The notes: generated by a model not told the origin, from the sequence alone. Numbered from the whole stretch's first letter, positions 10,750-23,560 are shown. The stretch: 63,894 bases of DNA, filler included, from Phoronis australis (GCA_002633005.1; 11 parts of 11 records of this genome joined end to end with filler, not necessarily neighbours in it); one strand, 5' to 3'. Made by a program: numbers and translations.

Positions 10750-13700
10750 AAGTGGCGGATCTACGTCGTTTTCAGTAAGGGGGGTTAGGGTTCCCGCAAA
10801 GGTCGAATCCCAGGTGCGTGGCTCGGGAGGTGTTTCCCACTCGCGTGTAAGACATTTTTTTGTTTTTGTAGCCAAATAGTGAAATTTCCATGCATCCTGG
10901 TAAGTTTCTGGCAGTTAACATATCTCCGGAGTTTTTCTTAAGATAATTTAAAACCCTCTCGATTTCGTCACATGAACTTGGCTCGTAAGTTTCGTGAAAC
11001 CATATTGTGCACATCTCGGTATGAGTCACGCCACCAGCAAAAATTTTTGCTGGAACATCTGCTTACTCACACCTTTCTTAGCATACGAAAAATCATATAT
11101 GAAAAAGTGTGGTGTGTGTATAGGGGTTGAGACAACTTCCAAATATTCAAGAGCATAAAGAGCGCCGACGGGGCGTAAAAACTTTAATATCAGATGATCG
11201 CGTAACAGCTGCCTCAAGTTGTTTAAGAACGAAGACCTGTACTGTTAGCATTAACGCCAGAAATTTGTAACATGCACTACTGCGCTTGCGCTAAATCTTG
11301 CCAGCAGCCTTCCATAAGAAATACACAATAACAGGCAACAATCAGGAATTTACTTCGAGGGGAGATAACTACACAATTTGCCGATAGCCTGTCGCATAGA
11401 GTGTATGTTAAGACTTGTTGCTGCCAAATATCAGCGTCATCGGTGAAAAATTTTCCATGTCTCTTAAAGTTTGAAGTTTTCCCCATTCAGGCCAATGTTA
11501 ACGATCGTCAGGAAGCCAATATTTGAGCGCATAGCTCATTTTGAAGTCAAGTTTGTGGCTGAATTCATTTTGCCATCGGATTTGCCGATAGCGTAGGTGA
11601 TTACCAGGAGTACTCAGAGGTTGCTGGTTCAAATTTCATGCTGTTTTTCGAAAAATTTTCCACGTCTCTTGTGTTCAGAAAATGGATCCACGCGTACAGT
11701 GCTGTGAGATGAAATGTTGCCCATCGCCCGGCTGTCTTGCAATGGAATAATTGCACTCTGTATAGATGAGAGATTAGCTCAGAATCGGTAAGAAACTGTT
11801 ATGTTCATTTTCTCATCCGGTATGAGTTTAGAAATACTTTCGAAGTTTGAAAAAAGACGGGTTTTATACAGTTTTATGCAGGTTTTTCGCCTGTGAGCAT
11901 AGTTGATACTAGTTATCTTCAAAATGCTGTTTCGTTTTTTGTGATCCGCAGAACGTTGTCCAAATATGTATTGGCAAACATCTGAAAATTAATAAAAAAG
12001 CGCTTTTGGCAGCCCGCTAGGCTGCAACCACACGCCGGCTGCCTGGTGTTCAATTCACTTTTGTTGTGCTTATGTGTAGGCCAACAAGTTAACATAGAGC
12101 TGTTACCCCAATGACCCAGCTAGCATTGTCATACTGTTGACTGTGGAATTCCAGAAATTCCAAAGGCTGTTATTGTAAACTTGACAAGCATTGCTCTGCA
12201 GACTAGTATACTGACTTCAGTTGGGCTCACGGTACTACCGCCCAAGCTTCCTGAACTTTAACCTTACTATGCGTTGTTATGATTGGTTAGGGACATGGCG
12301 CAAAGCGTCACTTAGCGGGTCAAGAATGTTACAAATTTCTGGCGTTTAGTGAAGAGTGACGGTTCGGAAGTAAACATGTGTTCTGTGTCGTTACGAGAAA
12401 AACTGGCGAACGATGAAGCTCTCAGCGCATAGTCTCTTATTAAAAGCGACAATAAATAATTAAGTATCACTTTATTAATCTGAATCACGTTGACAACAAT
12501 TGAAAAACGTCAAACGTATCAGGAAACAAATCATCTGAAAAACAGGTTCACGAAACCAAAACATCCTGTGCACAGTGGTGAAAAGTTTGCCGAAGGACTA
12601 GATGTACACTGAGAGTACACAAAAAGGCTGACCTGGTCCGTCACGAGACCAAGTGTACACCTGTGCTTGTTATCCCTATAAAAATAGTCAATCTGTCGCG
12701 GGACCAAACAGTAGTGGCTGAGATAAATAGTTTTACAAAGCACACTTTGGTAAAAAAATCACAAGACTAGTTCGCCGAGCGACCAGAAGTACACTTAAAC
12801 TCAATATCTATACAAATCAAGCTGGGCTGGTCCGTCGCGAGACCTAAAGTGTACTATGCAAAAAAATTGAATTGAAAACTTCTCTCTAGACACTTTTTAA
12901 TCCCCAGTGGTTACTCATACGTTAGTCCTATCCTTCTGTTGTCTAGACTGCCGAGGAATCCGTATATCGGATCCAATGGTTTGCTCGTCTTGGAACCATT
13001 CTACCCAGGTATCTTCGATGTTTGTTCCCAACGCTTGCACTTCGTCAACTGCTGTGTCAATGAGCTTGCAAGCCTCTACAATGCCAGCATCTCGTTTCGC
13101 AGCTCGGTTGGTACAAAGACCCTTGAGGTTGCCAAGTCCATCCAAAAGACTTACATGCGCAACTAAATGTGATCCGTTCATCATGGACTATTTCAAACCT
13201 TGAGGATGTATCCCAGGACCTATTTGCATCTCTTGCAATTTTCGAAATAAACGTCCCAATGTCTGAACGCTTGAAAGCCGAAGTACTAACATCAAATAAA
13301 TGCCCATGAGCATGAGCGTTTCGTCGGGTTGGTCTTTCTGCGGAAATTCCCAGTATAGAAGACGGCAGTGTGCTTATTGCGGTAGAAAGACGGTAGCTGT
13401 TGAGGTCGGAACTAGGGCTCCTTAGGAGACCTATTGAACATTGTACGAGACCCGCAAGACTTTGTTGTGAAAGAACAGCCTCCCCGCAATTTCTGGTACT
13501 GTACACTGTTCTCGAATGGGGTCACTTTGTCAATGTGAGTGCCCCCTTGCTCATTCCTTGTATAGACATAACTTCACTGCTAGAGTGTATCTTCAAGCGG
13601 ACTCGCGACCAGACCACGGCGCACGCCACAATAGCATTTCTTCGGAAAAAGATTTTTTTTCAGAAATATTACATGTGCATGTACACTGTGATATTGCGCA

Positions 13701-14204
13701 AGACAACTTTACTATACATCAGTCAAATTCGAGTTACAAACCTGTGGAGTGTAATAGAATGGCACGGCATGACAGATGAGGTAACAACGTTGCCCGTCAA
13801 TTCGCCTGAATATCAGGGTTGCGGCACCACAGTATTTCCCCTAATCAAATCAAAACATGGCTTAGAGTAGAGAAGCTAGTTACATGTATCTAAAGAAATC
13901 AGCTATAGAGCTGCTCTTTCAGCGGTGGATCCATCAAAAATGCTTGGCTACTTCAGAAGTGTCGACGGAAGCGCGCGCACAATTCATCTCCGCGCGTTTT
14001 GCCGATGAGCCACGAAGACTCAGCAATTCACAATGCAAAAAATATATTTTCAGAGTGAACCTCCCGCTCTCAATTTGGTTTACTTGGGGTTTACACGGCG
14101 GTGCCGTTTTTGTTTTGCTGGAGACGTTTTCTTTTGTTCATTTTTGGGTCCTGGCCCGAGGGGGGCCGGTTAAACCCCCTGAACCCCCAGTAGATCCGCC
14201 ACTG
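10750..14204 (-). mobile_element. Defective hAT transposon, family B, with transposase remnant
   Basis: TIRs (A)AGTGGCGGATCTAC / GTAGATCCGCCACTG; flanked by CCCCC on both sides. Confidence 0.85.
12915..13300 (-). pseudogene. hAT transposase fragment (THAP12/P52rIPK-ZMYM1-like clade)
   Basis: Frameshifted LVAHVSLLDGLGNLKGLCT...KRDAGIVEACKLIDTAVDEVQALGTNIEDTWVEWF...GSDIRIPRQSRQQKDRTNV resembles the L..LS..LQ...DI..A...WF...PR..RQ..R.N segment of this hAT clade. Confidence 0.7.
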
Positions 14205-14691
14205 CCCCCCACTGAAATTCTCCCAGATTCCATTTGGCATTATGGGGGTGCGAATGTCTGACGGGCAAAATCCTGGCTAATACTCTTCCCTAGCCCCCTT
14301 AATTCAAAATCCTGGATCCGCCCATGATAGGTACACTAGTGGGTGGCCCTGCAATGAAAAAGTGGAGGGCTATAGCTGCCCCCCAGCCTCCCTGTGATGG
14401 ACCGCTCATAGAGCGAGGTCGCTCTAACCCCCCACCCCCCAGCGCAGCCCCCTATGGTGAGCTGCCCATGTTACACCACCTAGAGCTCGTGCAAATATAT
14501 ACATGGCGCTTGTAAACGCGATTTAATTACGCACGATGGTAAAGCAAGATCACTACACTGGTGCTGTTGCTCCTGTTGTATGTAGCCTTGGCGCAAAGCT
14601 GTATACTAAATTGTAGATATACATACTAAGAGAACTACACAGATCCGGGGCATTTTTATATTTGAGACCTTTACTGTGGGGTTACAAAAAN

Positions 14692-14730
14692 CACACACAC
14701 ACACACACAGACACACACACATATATATAC
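14692..14730. repeat. (CA)n/(TA)n microsatellite
   Basis: Read directly; begins at a single-N join. Confidence 0.9.
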
Positions 14731-16927
14731 ATGTATCTGTTGTCTAAATATAAAAATTCCGCACCGCAAACGGGGCGGGGGGGAGGAAGTGTAGTGAGTT
14801 TTAGTCAATAACCTGAATGTCAGCGATGGTAAAATATTGCAGTGTTAGGAGCATGATGCAGTATTTTTTTGTCACAGGAATTTCACTCATTCAAGGCCCG
14901 GGTAGCTAATTAATGCGTTTATCTTGCCCCGCGGAACACAGATGTCCTCGCACGTCAGAGGCCAGGCTGTCCGGCTCTGCCGGGTAGCAGCGTTTCGAAT
15001 ATTTCTGGCTAAGTGGGAATTATTTCTTTTACCTTAAACTCATTAATACTAATATTATACCTTTTGACATCATGGCAAGCTTTTTTCCCGAAGTTATTTC
15101 GCCACCAAATGGCATTCTGTTGTTCATGATTGATATTAAACGGTTGGCAGTCAGCCGCACGGCCGTAACGGGAAGTCGCGGGAGACCACCGCCGGTATTT
15201 TAGTTTCTGTCTAAATTTATTTTCGATATTTTTGCTAGTTTAATAGTCAGGATAATCAATTTTATTCAACTATTTTGATATTGCATTGATATTGCATGTT
15301 AGTTGTTCTGTTTATACTATTTGTTAATTCCACCCAGCCGGTAAAACACGCTTAGCCTAGCCCGATTAGGATATAGTCGGTCTTGTTATTCAATCGTTGG
15401 TACAGGACTTGTGACTAGTCCGTAATTTTATGCAAGTGTCTGAAACTATCTTGTATGTATGCGGCATTAATGATTTGAACCATTTATGCCGTTAAAACAG
15501 CCGGGGACGGCATGCCTTCGTCTTTCGCCAGTGTAAACGCCCTTTTCTTTTTTGCATTTTTCGACGTTGGAGTAAACGTTTTTGTAACAATTCCTTTGCA
15601 TAGTTCGTATGCTTGCTGCATGGTGTATAATTTTAGCACCATAAGGCGTTACTCTTTGTTTGATGTAACGCAACTCTAGGTTTTTCAGATGTTTTCCATT
15701 TTCCATTCTCACCTTGTTCGCAGAATCGAGCCATTCTTTTTTGGGAATGATGAATAATATGCAAATCTAAGTTGGCTTTTTGTAAATCTTATTTGAGTTC
15801 CACTGAAGGTTCACTTTCAACCTTGGATGTCAAAGCATTTTCAGTTAAAACAATTTCATTTCAATGGGTTTTCTTTGCAACCTCATTTTGCAAAAAAGAT
15901 TAAAGTTTTTCCAATTCCAAAACTAATTTTCTGTCTTCATTGTTACAATTTTGAGTACCGTGAAATTCGACACAATTTCGTTGATATAATTGGCATCGCT
16001 CTTTGACTGAAACTTCTCTGGAAATTACCCATATGTCAATTCTACTTTTGCAAGACATATTCTTATCCCTCCAAGTGTGTTTCCTAACACCTGGATTTTT
16101 TTACACCAAACGTCATACAACTTGAACCTCGATTTAAGAAAGACGATGCTCTGTATTATTAAACTTTCTATGGAAAACGCGAGTTTTCTTTTTTGTCTGA
16201 TCTGGGGGGGGNNNNNNNNNNNNNNNNNNNNNNNNNNNNNNNNNNNNNNNNNNNNTTAATTAATTAANNNNNNNNNNNNNNNNNNNNNNNNNNNNNNNNN
16301 NNNNNNNNNNNCCCAGATTAATTATCTCTTTCCTCATGACACTGAATGCTTTGATTTTCATAAAACCAGTCAAACTTGCATTGATTCAGAAATTTTGAAG
16401 TCCGAGTATCGCAAACTTCCACGACATAGTATTCCACATTTTGAAGTCATGTACTCAGCCCCCTTAGTCAGATCAGGCAGATTTTCCTTATTTGCATTGA
16501 ATAATTCGGTTCAATTAGATCCGAGTTGTGCAAGTTTGACTGTGCGTAACAATAGTTTACTTGTTCACTGGTGTTGACTTGGGTACATTGTGACCAATTC
16601 CGTGGGTATTCCATTTACAAGTAGCAGGATGTCTTTTCGTATTCAGTAATCTAGATCCACCCGACAAACCAAAGCAGTAGTCATCCAGGTCAATACAGTA
16701 GTCATATTAGTAATTCCTAATTTTAAGAATCAGGCAAGTGAAACTTGCAAATTGTTGATCTTTTAACGAAGAGATTTCAAAATCAAGAGCTACCAGAAAT
16801 TACTACAAATTCAAAGACATAACCCACACAATCAATGCCAATATGCCCAGCTCGCAAAATGATTACATTATTTTGGGAACTCCTTCTCCCCCTTGCATTG
16901 ATGCTCACTGACACAACCTCAAAGACT

Positions 16928-16980
16928 ACACACACACACGCACACACGCACACAACTAGCTGGAACCCGTTCACGGGTAC
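16928..16980 (-). mobile_element. Possible Helitron 3' terminus abutting an imperfect (CA)n tract
   Basis: Minus strand reads ACCCGT-GA-ACGGGT (perfect hairpin) then TCCAG-CTAG-T. Confidence 0.45.
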
Positions 16981-17036
16981 CAGATAGTGTAACGGAATCA
17001 GCTTAATCCGCATTTACGCTCATGGGAAGTTGCCCT

Positions 17037-17947
17037 GGTAAAAGGCAACCCTTTTTCATGTCATTGTTAGCAAAAATAAGGTTCGTTGATTATCCCAGAC
17101 ATGTTTTTTAGTTAATTACAGCTTTTTGTAATTTAAACAATTACTCGTCCTCTTGTCTGGAAGTGACGTTTTTGGGAGGCAAGAATTTCGCGTCAATTTC
17201 TTTTCACATAGTCTGACTGTGAGAGCTGCTGAGTCAGTCATTGTTCTATCTCCATTGTGATAAGTTCGGTCATCATTTGTTTTTGTTTACGAGTCAGTCA
17301 ATATGCCACACTTTTGCTGCGTACGGAGATGCACTCATTATCGTCTCACGGACAGAGGAACAATTGTCCCACTTGGTCGAGTGTCCCGCGACACACTCCC
17401 ACTAGATGGTGACCTGAGCACAAAAACTGCTTACATACCGCCGTGTGACTTCCTCGCCATACATCTGGCACCTTCTAAATAGCTCTAATACTTTAGACAA
17501 GTCCACAATAAACTTATCAAAGTTTTGCTCTCCGATCTGTTCATTGAACGAGGAATTGTCTTCTTCATTGGGTGTTGAACTCAGGGCCTGTATTCACTCC
17601 CACTTCTCAACATCGCAGCAGGGCTGCTTACAGGTTCTGAGCAATAATGAGTACATCCTGGTACGCGGCAACAGTGTGGCATGTTGACTGACTCGTGAAT
17701 ATAAGCAAACGACGATCGAACTTATCACAACCAAGGTAGAACAATCACTGACTCGACAGCTCTCACAGTCAGACTATATGAAAAGAAATTGGCGCGAAAT
17801 TCTTGCCTCCCAAAACGTCACTTCCGCAGTAGAGAAGGAATAATAAATTAAATTCCAAAAAGCTGTAATTAAGTGAAAAATATGTCTGGGATAATCAACG
17901 AACCTTATTTTTGCTAAAACTAACATGAAAAAAGGTTACCTTTACCT
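17037..17947. mobile_element. Non-autonomous DNA transposon with about 275-bp diverged TIRs (Kolobok-like right end CCT|TTAA)
   Basis: 17037-~17315 is the inverted complement of ~17672-17947 (e.g. AGCAAAAATAAGGTTCGTTGATTATCCCAGACAT); right end followed by TTAA, left end damaged. Confidence 0.8.
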
Positions 17948-18484
17948 TTAAGTATGATTTGCTTTTTTCCTCCAACTTGTTCTTTATAGACTTTCATTTT
18001 TTTTGAATGTCGTATTTATAGTCATTTCACCATACACATGTGATGGTGTAATACCACGAAGTACATACAAGCATGGTGTCTTTATTACCATACCTCAAAG
18101 TAGAGCGTGGAGTCGATAGCTCTGCAAACAGAATGTGGCCAAGAAAGAGCGCAGTGGCCTTGGCATGTAGAATACAGCAGCTTTTTCGGAACACATGTCT
18201 CACATCGTGTTGTCTTCCAGCAAATGAAATCTATCCACACACCTCTTTTAAGGTTTCCAGTACCTGACCCTGTATTGTACCCAGATATTGTTCAACCGGG
18301 TTCATGGAGGATTGGAGTTCGTAGGCAGAAAAGGTCAACGACCTTCGCCCGATGAAATTCTTTGCTTCCAAGTTCCTCTTTTCCAATTATGAAGATGAAG
18401 TTTTTAAACAGTAATCAAGATTTTTAAATAATTACTTCCAATCTTGAGTTGTTTTTTCATAGTAAGTGGTACCTGTGACTTCAA

Positions 18485-18628
18485 CAGGGTAGAATTCAAT
18501 AATGCTTGGACCTCACAAATATATCTAGCCAAAATCATGCGTTCTGATTTAAAATACTCAGCAACATCTCACATAATCTTGCGAAGTCTTGCTTTTCAGC
18601 GAAGTCCTAGCGTTACTGAACTCAGGGC
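18485..18628 (-). mobile_element. About 150-bp MITE, copy 2 (same family as 6205-6358)
   Basis: Reverse complement reads GTTCAGTAACGCTAGGACTTCGCTGAAAAGCAAGACTTCGCAAGATTA, aligning with copy 1. Confidence 0.7.
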
Positions 18629-19514
18629 AAGTTAGCCGGTGCTTCCATCAGGTTTGAGTAACCCGCAACATACAGGCTTTTTTGCCCGAGGTGGAGTTCA
18701 GTTAGGTCTTTCTGACAGGTTTCGATTTTCAGTTGTGGAGAATACCGACTATTATGTGGCATGTCACACACAACAATTAACATGAAAGTGTCATGCATGA
18801 ACATATGAATGCAATTCTAGACGTGATCAATCTTATTTGATAATTTGAAAACTTTTAACCATTAAAAAGTGCCCAGGGGTATTATGTCATTCTGTACCAA
18901 TCCAATGAGGCTAAGGTTGACCTAGATAAACACCGTAATCACCTGACCTGATGATGTGGGACACCCCCCCCTCCGGAACACTTGTTTACAATTGAATTTG
19001 AACCCAAGATGCAAGATGTGGTGATTGTCTAGTGTTTATGACCATAATATCCCACAGCAGGACTGGTTCCAAATCAGGACTTAATGCCAAAATGAATGAT
19101 TAAAACCGGAAACACAAAACTTTTGAACAGTTGACTCTGTGGGCTAGTAGTTGTAGGCCTACGGATAAAAAGGAAAACCCTGTACATGAGCCTCAGTTCA
19201 CTTTTTGCAAGAATGGACTTAAAGTGGAATTACATGCATCTATGACATTGTAGTAAAAACTGGAATAAAGGTTGAGATCTTGGCCACTTACCTCTATAAA
19301 AGTACTTATAACATGAAGACTAAGCGAGGAACTGGCACAGTCCCGTCATCGTGGTTTTGCAGTAGGTCTCCGCGAAGCACGTGACCACAGCACACGGATT
19401 ACGCCTACGCGGCGGCGAACGGATGCGCATAAAATACCACAGTTTCTTTGATTTCTCTTACCACCGAATATTGAGCACGTGACCTAGTAGGTGGAAACGG
19501 TAAACGCGGGCCGC

Positions 19515-19942
19515 ATAAAGTTTGGTAAGTTTATTGTTTAAGAATGAATAGAAACATTGCTGTTTTGTGACGTTTATTGCATATTTATGCCGTGGGTCGA
19601 AATTTTCTTCGGCGCATCCGAAAAATTACAAAAAGTAGCTGAAAGGTTAGCCAATGAAACGCGTCAAAGATAGGTTCTGAATTACATCCCATGTTCACGC
19701 GACTTGTTTACAAGTCAGTTGGCTTGTTTGTTCAGCTTGACTTGGCAACAACCAAATAAAGGCCGGATTCAAACGAGTTGCTTTATGTTTACCACGTATC
19801 TACTTTAGTTCGAAAAATCAGCTCGCGTACGTTGGAATTTCCCGGTGGCATGTTGCGACTAGTGACAAGACGACCATAATCTCGGCTCGCATTTCCTAAT
19901 TTCAGGTCGCCAACGCGACCTGCAGTTCGTTATGCCGAGCGC
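19515..19942 (-). mobile_element. Diverged left-end fragment of hAT-like family D
   Basis: Inverted match to 56813-~57260, including a degenerate TIR GTTATGCCGAGCGC. Confidence 0.7.
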
Positions 19943-20795
19943 AAAATCCCGGTTGAAACAACACTGACTCGGTAAGGACGCGTTGCTGGTTTGAGCTCTT
20001 TACTGATTTAAGTTGTAAAGCCGCGCAAACCACGGGTGCTGGTTACCCGAATAATTGGGGCTTCATCTACGAATTTTTTTTTACCTACGCAGATACGTGT
20101 ACAAACTAGTATTTTTTTTCCTTGGACTCTACTGTACGCGCTCACTAGGCTCATCCCCAGTCATAGTTAGTATTTTTTAAAATAAAATCTTCAGCAAATG
20201 TTTTGCGGTAACTTTTGATTGACGACTGGCTTATGTCCGCTTACCCCCGATTCTCGTCTTCTTTGCGTGGCATGTTTCACACAACTGGAAGTGAGCAATG
20301 GCGGGCAGTGGAGATAAAACAGCTAGCGGCAGAACCATACATTGAAAATGTCATTGAGTCACGGAGTCTCAATGAAAAACAACCAAAACACAAAATTAGT
20401 TTTTCAAACTTTTATCACATCTAATTTTAAAACTGGTCTTTTACTCAGAACTTGACAGCTAGCACTATGAATTTGATGTCTGCTATGACCTCTACAACAC
20501 GTGAAGATCACACGCCTGCACTTCTACAGTGTCATCATATGAGAATAGTTGCAATCCAAGTTATTGTCACTAGTCGTCCACGCACTGCAGCTCTAATAAG
20601 ATTGCAGGATGGCATGGGGCTATTACTCATCAATTTTGTAAATTTAATTGTGAATAACTAATCTGAGGGCAACAGAACATTTGTTGGGATCATCCGCTGT
20701 TATGACATTTTTAGCGACATTTGGCGACTTGCTGATAAAGCTCTTTGAAAAGTTGTATGCGTTCCGAGTACGTGTGTCATGTGGGATAAGATTAA

Positions 20796-22126
20796 AGGAG
20801 AATGCCACCCGATTTAATTAGTGTTTTTTACTGTCTTAATTGGTCTATATCCACATCGCCTCGCATACGGTCAACCGAGTGGTGTCGCGTTAAGCTGTGA
20901 GGAAGGTGAGAAACGACGCAGCGACGTCAGTGGTTCATTTGCAGAGTGAATGCTGCTATGTTGCGGTGCATCGTTCCCGCTTGTCCGAACTATGCGGCTG
21001 CGAGGAAAGCGGGCACATCATTTTTTTTGACTTCCTCGAGAGTCCGAAATGCTTAGGAGGTGGCTCGCGGTAGTGAAAAATGAAAAGTACGCTGTTAATA
21101 GCAAACACGAGGCCGTGAGACATCTCCGTGTCTGTGACCGGCAGTCGTCGACAGTGAGTCTTGACGAATGCCGGCTTACCAAAGAACTATCCATACGTTC
21201 CGTTGTCTGTGCATGCGCGCCTCTCTAGTATTTTTTGATCACTGTACTCCGGTGTGAACTGAGAGCCTGTGAAACTTAACGATCCACCTGGAAGTCTTCG
21301 TCGGATGAACTCTCGTCTAGAACTCGGGATTCTGTTGACGTTCTGCGTTCTGTTTCAAAATGAAATATTCCCGCCCTAACCAATGCTTGTATAAAACTGA
21401 ACAAAGCCTGTCTCATTACATACAATTTGTAATGCCTTTGGAGTATTCGTGAGTGCAAATATCCTGAGAAGCCAGCAATGAATAAACCACTGCGTTACCG
21501 GCTTTGCGTGCGAGAAAGGTAATTGACCGGGCGCCAAGGCCGTGTAAGTGCATGCTAAATCAGTGTTTGCTGACAGAAACTGTTGTGAAACTAGTATAGT
21601 ATTTTCAGGCCTGATCGGGTTCCGAGCCACTGGCTGGGATAACAAGCCCTGTGTGTTTAGAACTCCAAAAATCACAAGTCTAAACAACACAGATCTAGGT
21701 TCTCCTGTGTGTCACGGAAGAATGCTTCGAATTTATTTCCGAACAGACCTCAAACTCCTGCTACGGTCCTTGGTAAATTGGCGAGCCGAACTATCTGGCT
21801 ACGGTGTGTCCAATTACCAATAAATTCGTAACAGCGAAATAAAACAACAAGTGTTTATAGTAACTCGGTGTATTTTAAGGATTTTACATCGAAATTTGAT
21901 GATTTATTGGTGTTAAACGATGAATTCAAACGATAAGCAGACACCAGTAACCCGTGTTGTGAACTGCTGAACAGACTGCGATTGAAACCAATGACGTCAT
22001 TGGATAATTTCAACACCTCCGTCTGCCGTCAGGTGTCAAGTAACGCAACCGAACGTGCTGTTATCGAGTAGAACTACTCGATCTAAATTGCTACAAAATA
22101 GGTTGTTTTTTGGGTGGCATGCTCCT
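20796..22126 (+). mobile_element. Kolobok-like DNA transposon (deleted derivative) with TTAA TSD
   Basis: TTAA|AGGAGAATGCCACCC ... GGGTGGCATGCTCCT|TTAA (15-bp TIR, 1 mismatch); contains a THAP remnant. Confidence 0.8.
20958..21144 (+). pseudogene. THAP zinc-finger domain remnant (transposase N-terminus)
   Basis: MLRCIVPACPNYAAARKAGTSFF, then a frameshift/stop, then LPRESEMLRRWLAVVKNEKYAVNSKHEAVRHLRVCDRQ: the C-x4-C...P...W...RVC pattern of THAP domains. Confidence 0.7.
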
Positions 22127-23129
22127 TTAACCGCCCAGAGCGGTTGTCTGTCATAATAAGCGCCCATGTTCAGTTAACCGCCTACCCATGATTTCTGGAA
22201 ATTTCACGTTTAAGCGCCCATGTCTGGTTAACCGCCCACCCCGAATTTTTGGGTTTGCCTATTTAACCGTCAGGGCGTTAACCCGAACGTTTACGATAAT
22301 TGTCGTGGGCTAGCCAACAAACATCCTTCGACACCCCTGGCACCTCCTAGTATCAGTTTCATACTTTGCATTCATGACTGTCTCCTAAACGCTCTGCAGG
22401 ATCTTTGTTAAATTGGGCAAGTGTATTTCTATGAAGGTGACGACAATGAGTGACCATGATTTTCGGACAGAACTGTTTACCATTGTGCCCCCTTGTGGTG
22501 ATTTGGGAGTTCCTTGACTACGGATAACCACAACTTTTGGACATATCTGACTATTGTGGCAATATTGGTTTTCTACGTTTTCCTCCGTAACGTCGGAGTT
22601 CCTTAATGAATTATTTATTGAGTTTTTGGCATCTACCTCTCTATCGGCTGAATCACTTTAAGGATCATCATGAAAAATGGCCTGTGTTTCTTCTAGAAAG
22701 TACATGGCTGATGATAATTTTTGGACATCCGACTGCTATGGCACCCTTTTAGTGCCAATTCTGTTTTTTGCTGTGGTTCAAATTTAACTTCATGAAATAT
22801 ATTTGATTTTGGATAAAATCCGATTACTGTGCTGTCCTCTAAAGACAATTTTGTTTTTCTTGGACTCAAGTTCCTTGATGGATGTTCTTGAAGTTTGAAA
22901 AATATGTTACCATCATGTACACAAACCCTGTTGCATATAGATTTGACCTATGTTGCGCCCCCTAGTGTCCTTTTTGTTAAATTCTTTGTGGCCTGTCTCC
23001 CTATCCTCCAGAGAGTATGAAGAATCATGATGAAGGGTGGCAAATGGTTCAAATTTGAAAGATCATATTAATTGCTGTTTTTGTACACTTTCCGTGCCTG
23101 AAAACCTGGAATCCACTCATCTTCTGAAC

Positions 23130-23560
23130 TTAATGTTCAATGTAAAGAGTACGTATGTAATAGAAACATGACCATTCAGGGACTCATTAATGTTCAATGT
23201 AAAGAGTACATATGTAATAGAAACATGACCATTCAGGGACTCATTAATGTTCAATGTAAAGAGTACGTATGTAATAGAAACATGACCATTCAGGGACTCA
23301 TTAATGTTCAATGTAAAGAGTACGTATGTAATAGAAACATGACCATTCAGGGACTCATTAATGTTCAATGTAAAGAGTACGTATGTAATAGAAACATGAC
23401 CATTCAGGGACTCATTNCCATTCAGGGACTCATTTGTGTTCAATGTAAAGAGTACGTATGTAATAGAAACATGACCATTCAGGGACTCATTTGTGTTCAA
23501 TGTAAAGAGTACGTATGTAATAGAAACATGACCATTCAGGGACTCATTTATGTTCTATGT
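23130..23560. repeat. 57-bp minisatellite, about 7 near-identical copies
   Basis: Unit TTAATGTTCAATGTAAAGAGTACGTATGTAATAGAAACATGACCATTCAGGGACTCA; single-N join at 23418. Confidence 0.95.

Larger units (their letters stand above)
10706..14326 (+). mobile_element. Family A hAT-like MITE split by a 3.45-kb nested hAT element
   Basis: Termini CAGGGGCGGAT...ATCCGCCCATG flanked by an exact 5-bp ATAGG duplication (10701-05, 14327-31); the two halves rejoin into the family A sequence. Confidence 0.8.

Noticed and set aside
11585-11640. tRNA-like fragments (also near 32350-32395 and 63115-63135)
   Set aside because: Only B-box-like words are present; no acceptor stem or cloverleaf.
13400-14261. ORFs of 125-156 aa here, and similar ORFs at 39037-39929, 44949-45206 and 49739-50290
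   Set aside because: They lie within or overlap transposon sequence, antisense or off-frame to the real remnant, with no domain signature.
18070-18800. Coding-looking sequence and short ORFs around MITE copy 2
   Set aside because: Stops in the minus-strand frames checked and no recognisable protein motif in the listed ORFs; a blastx search would be needed.
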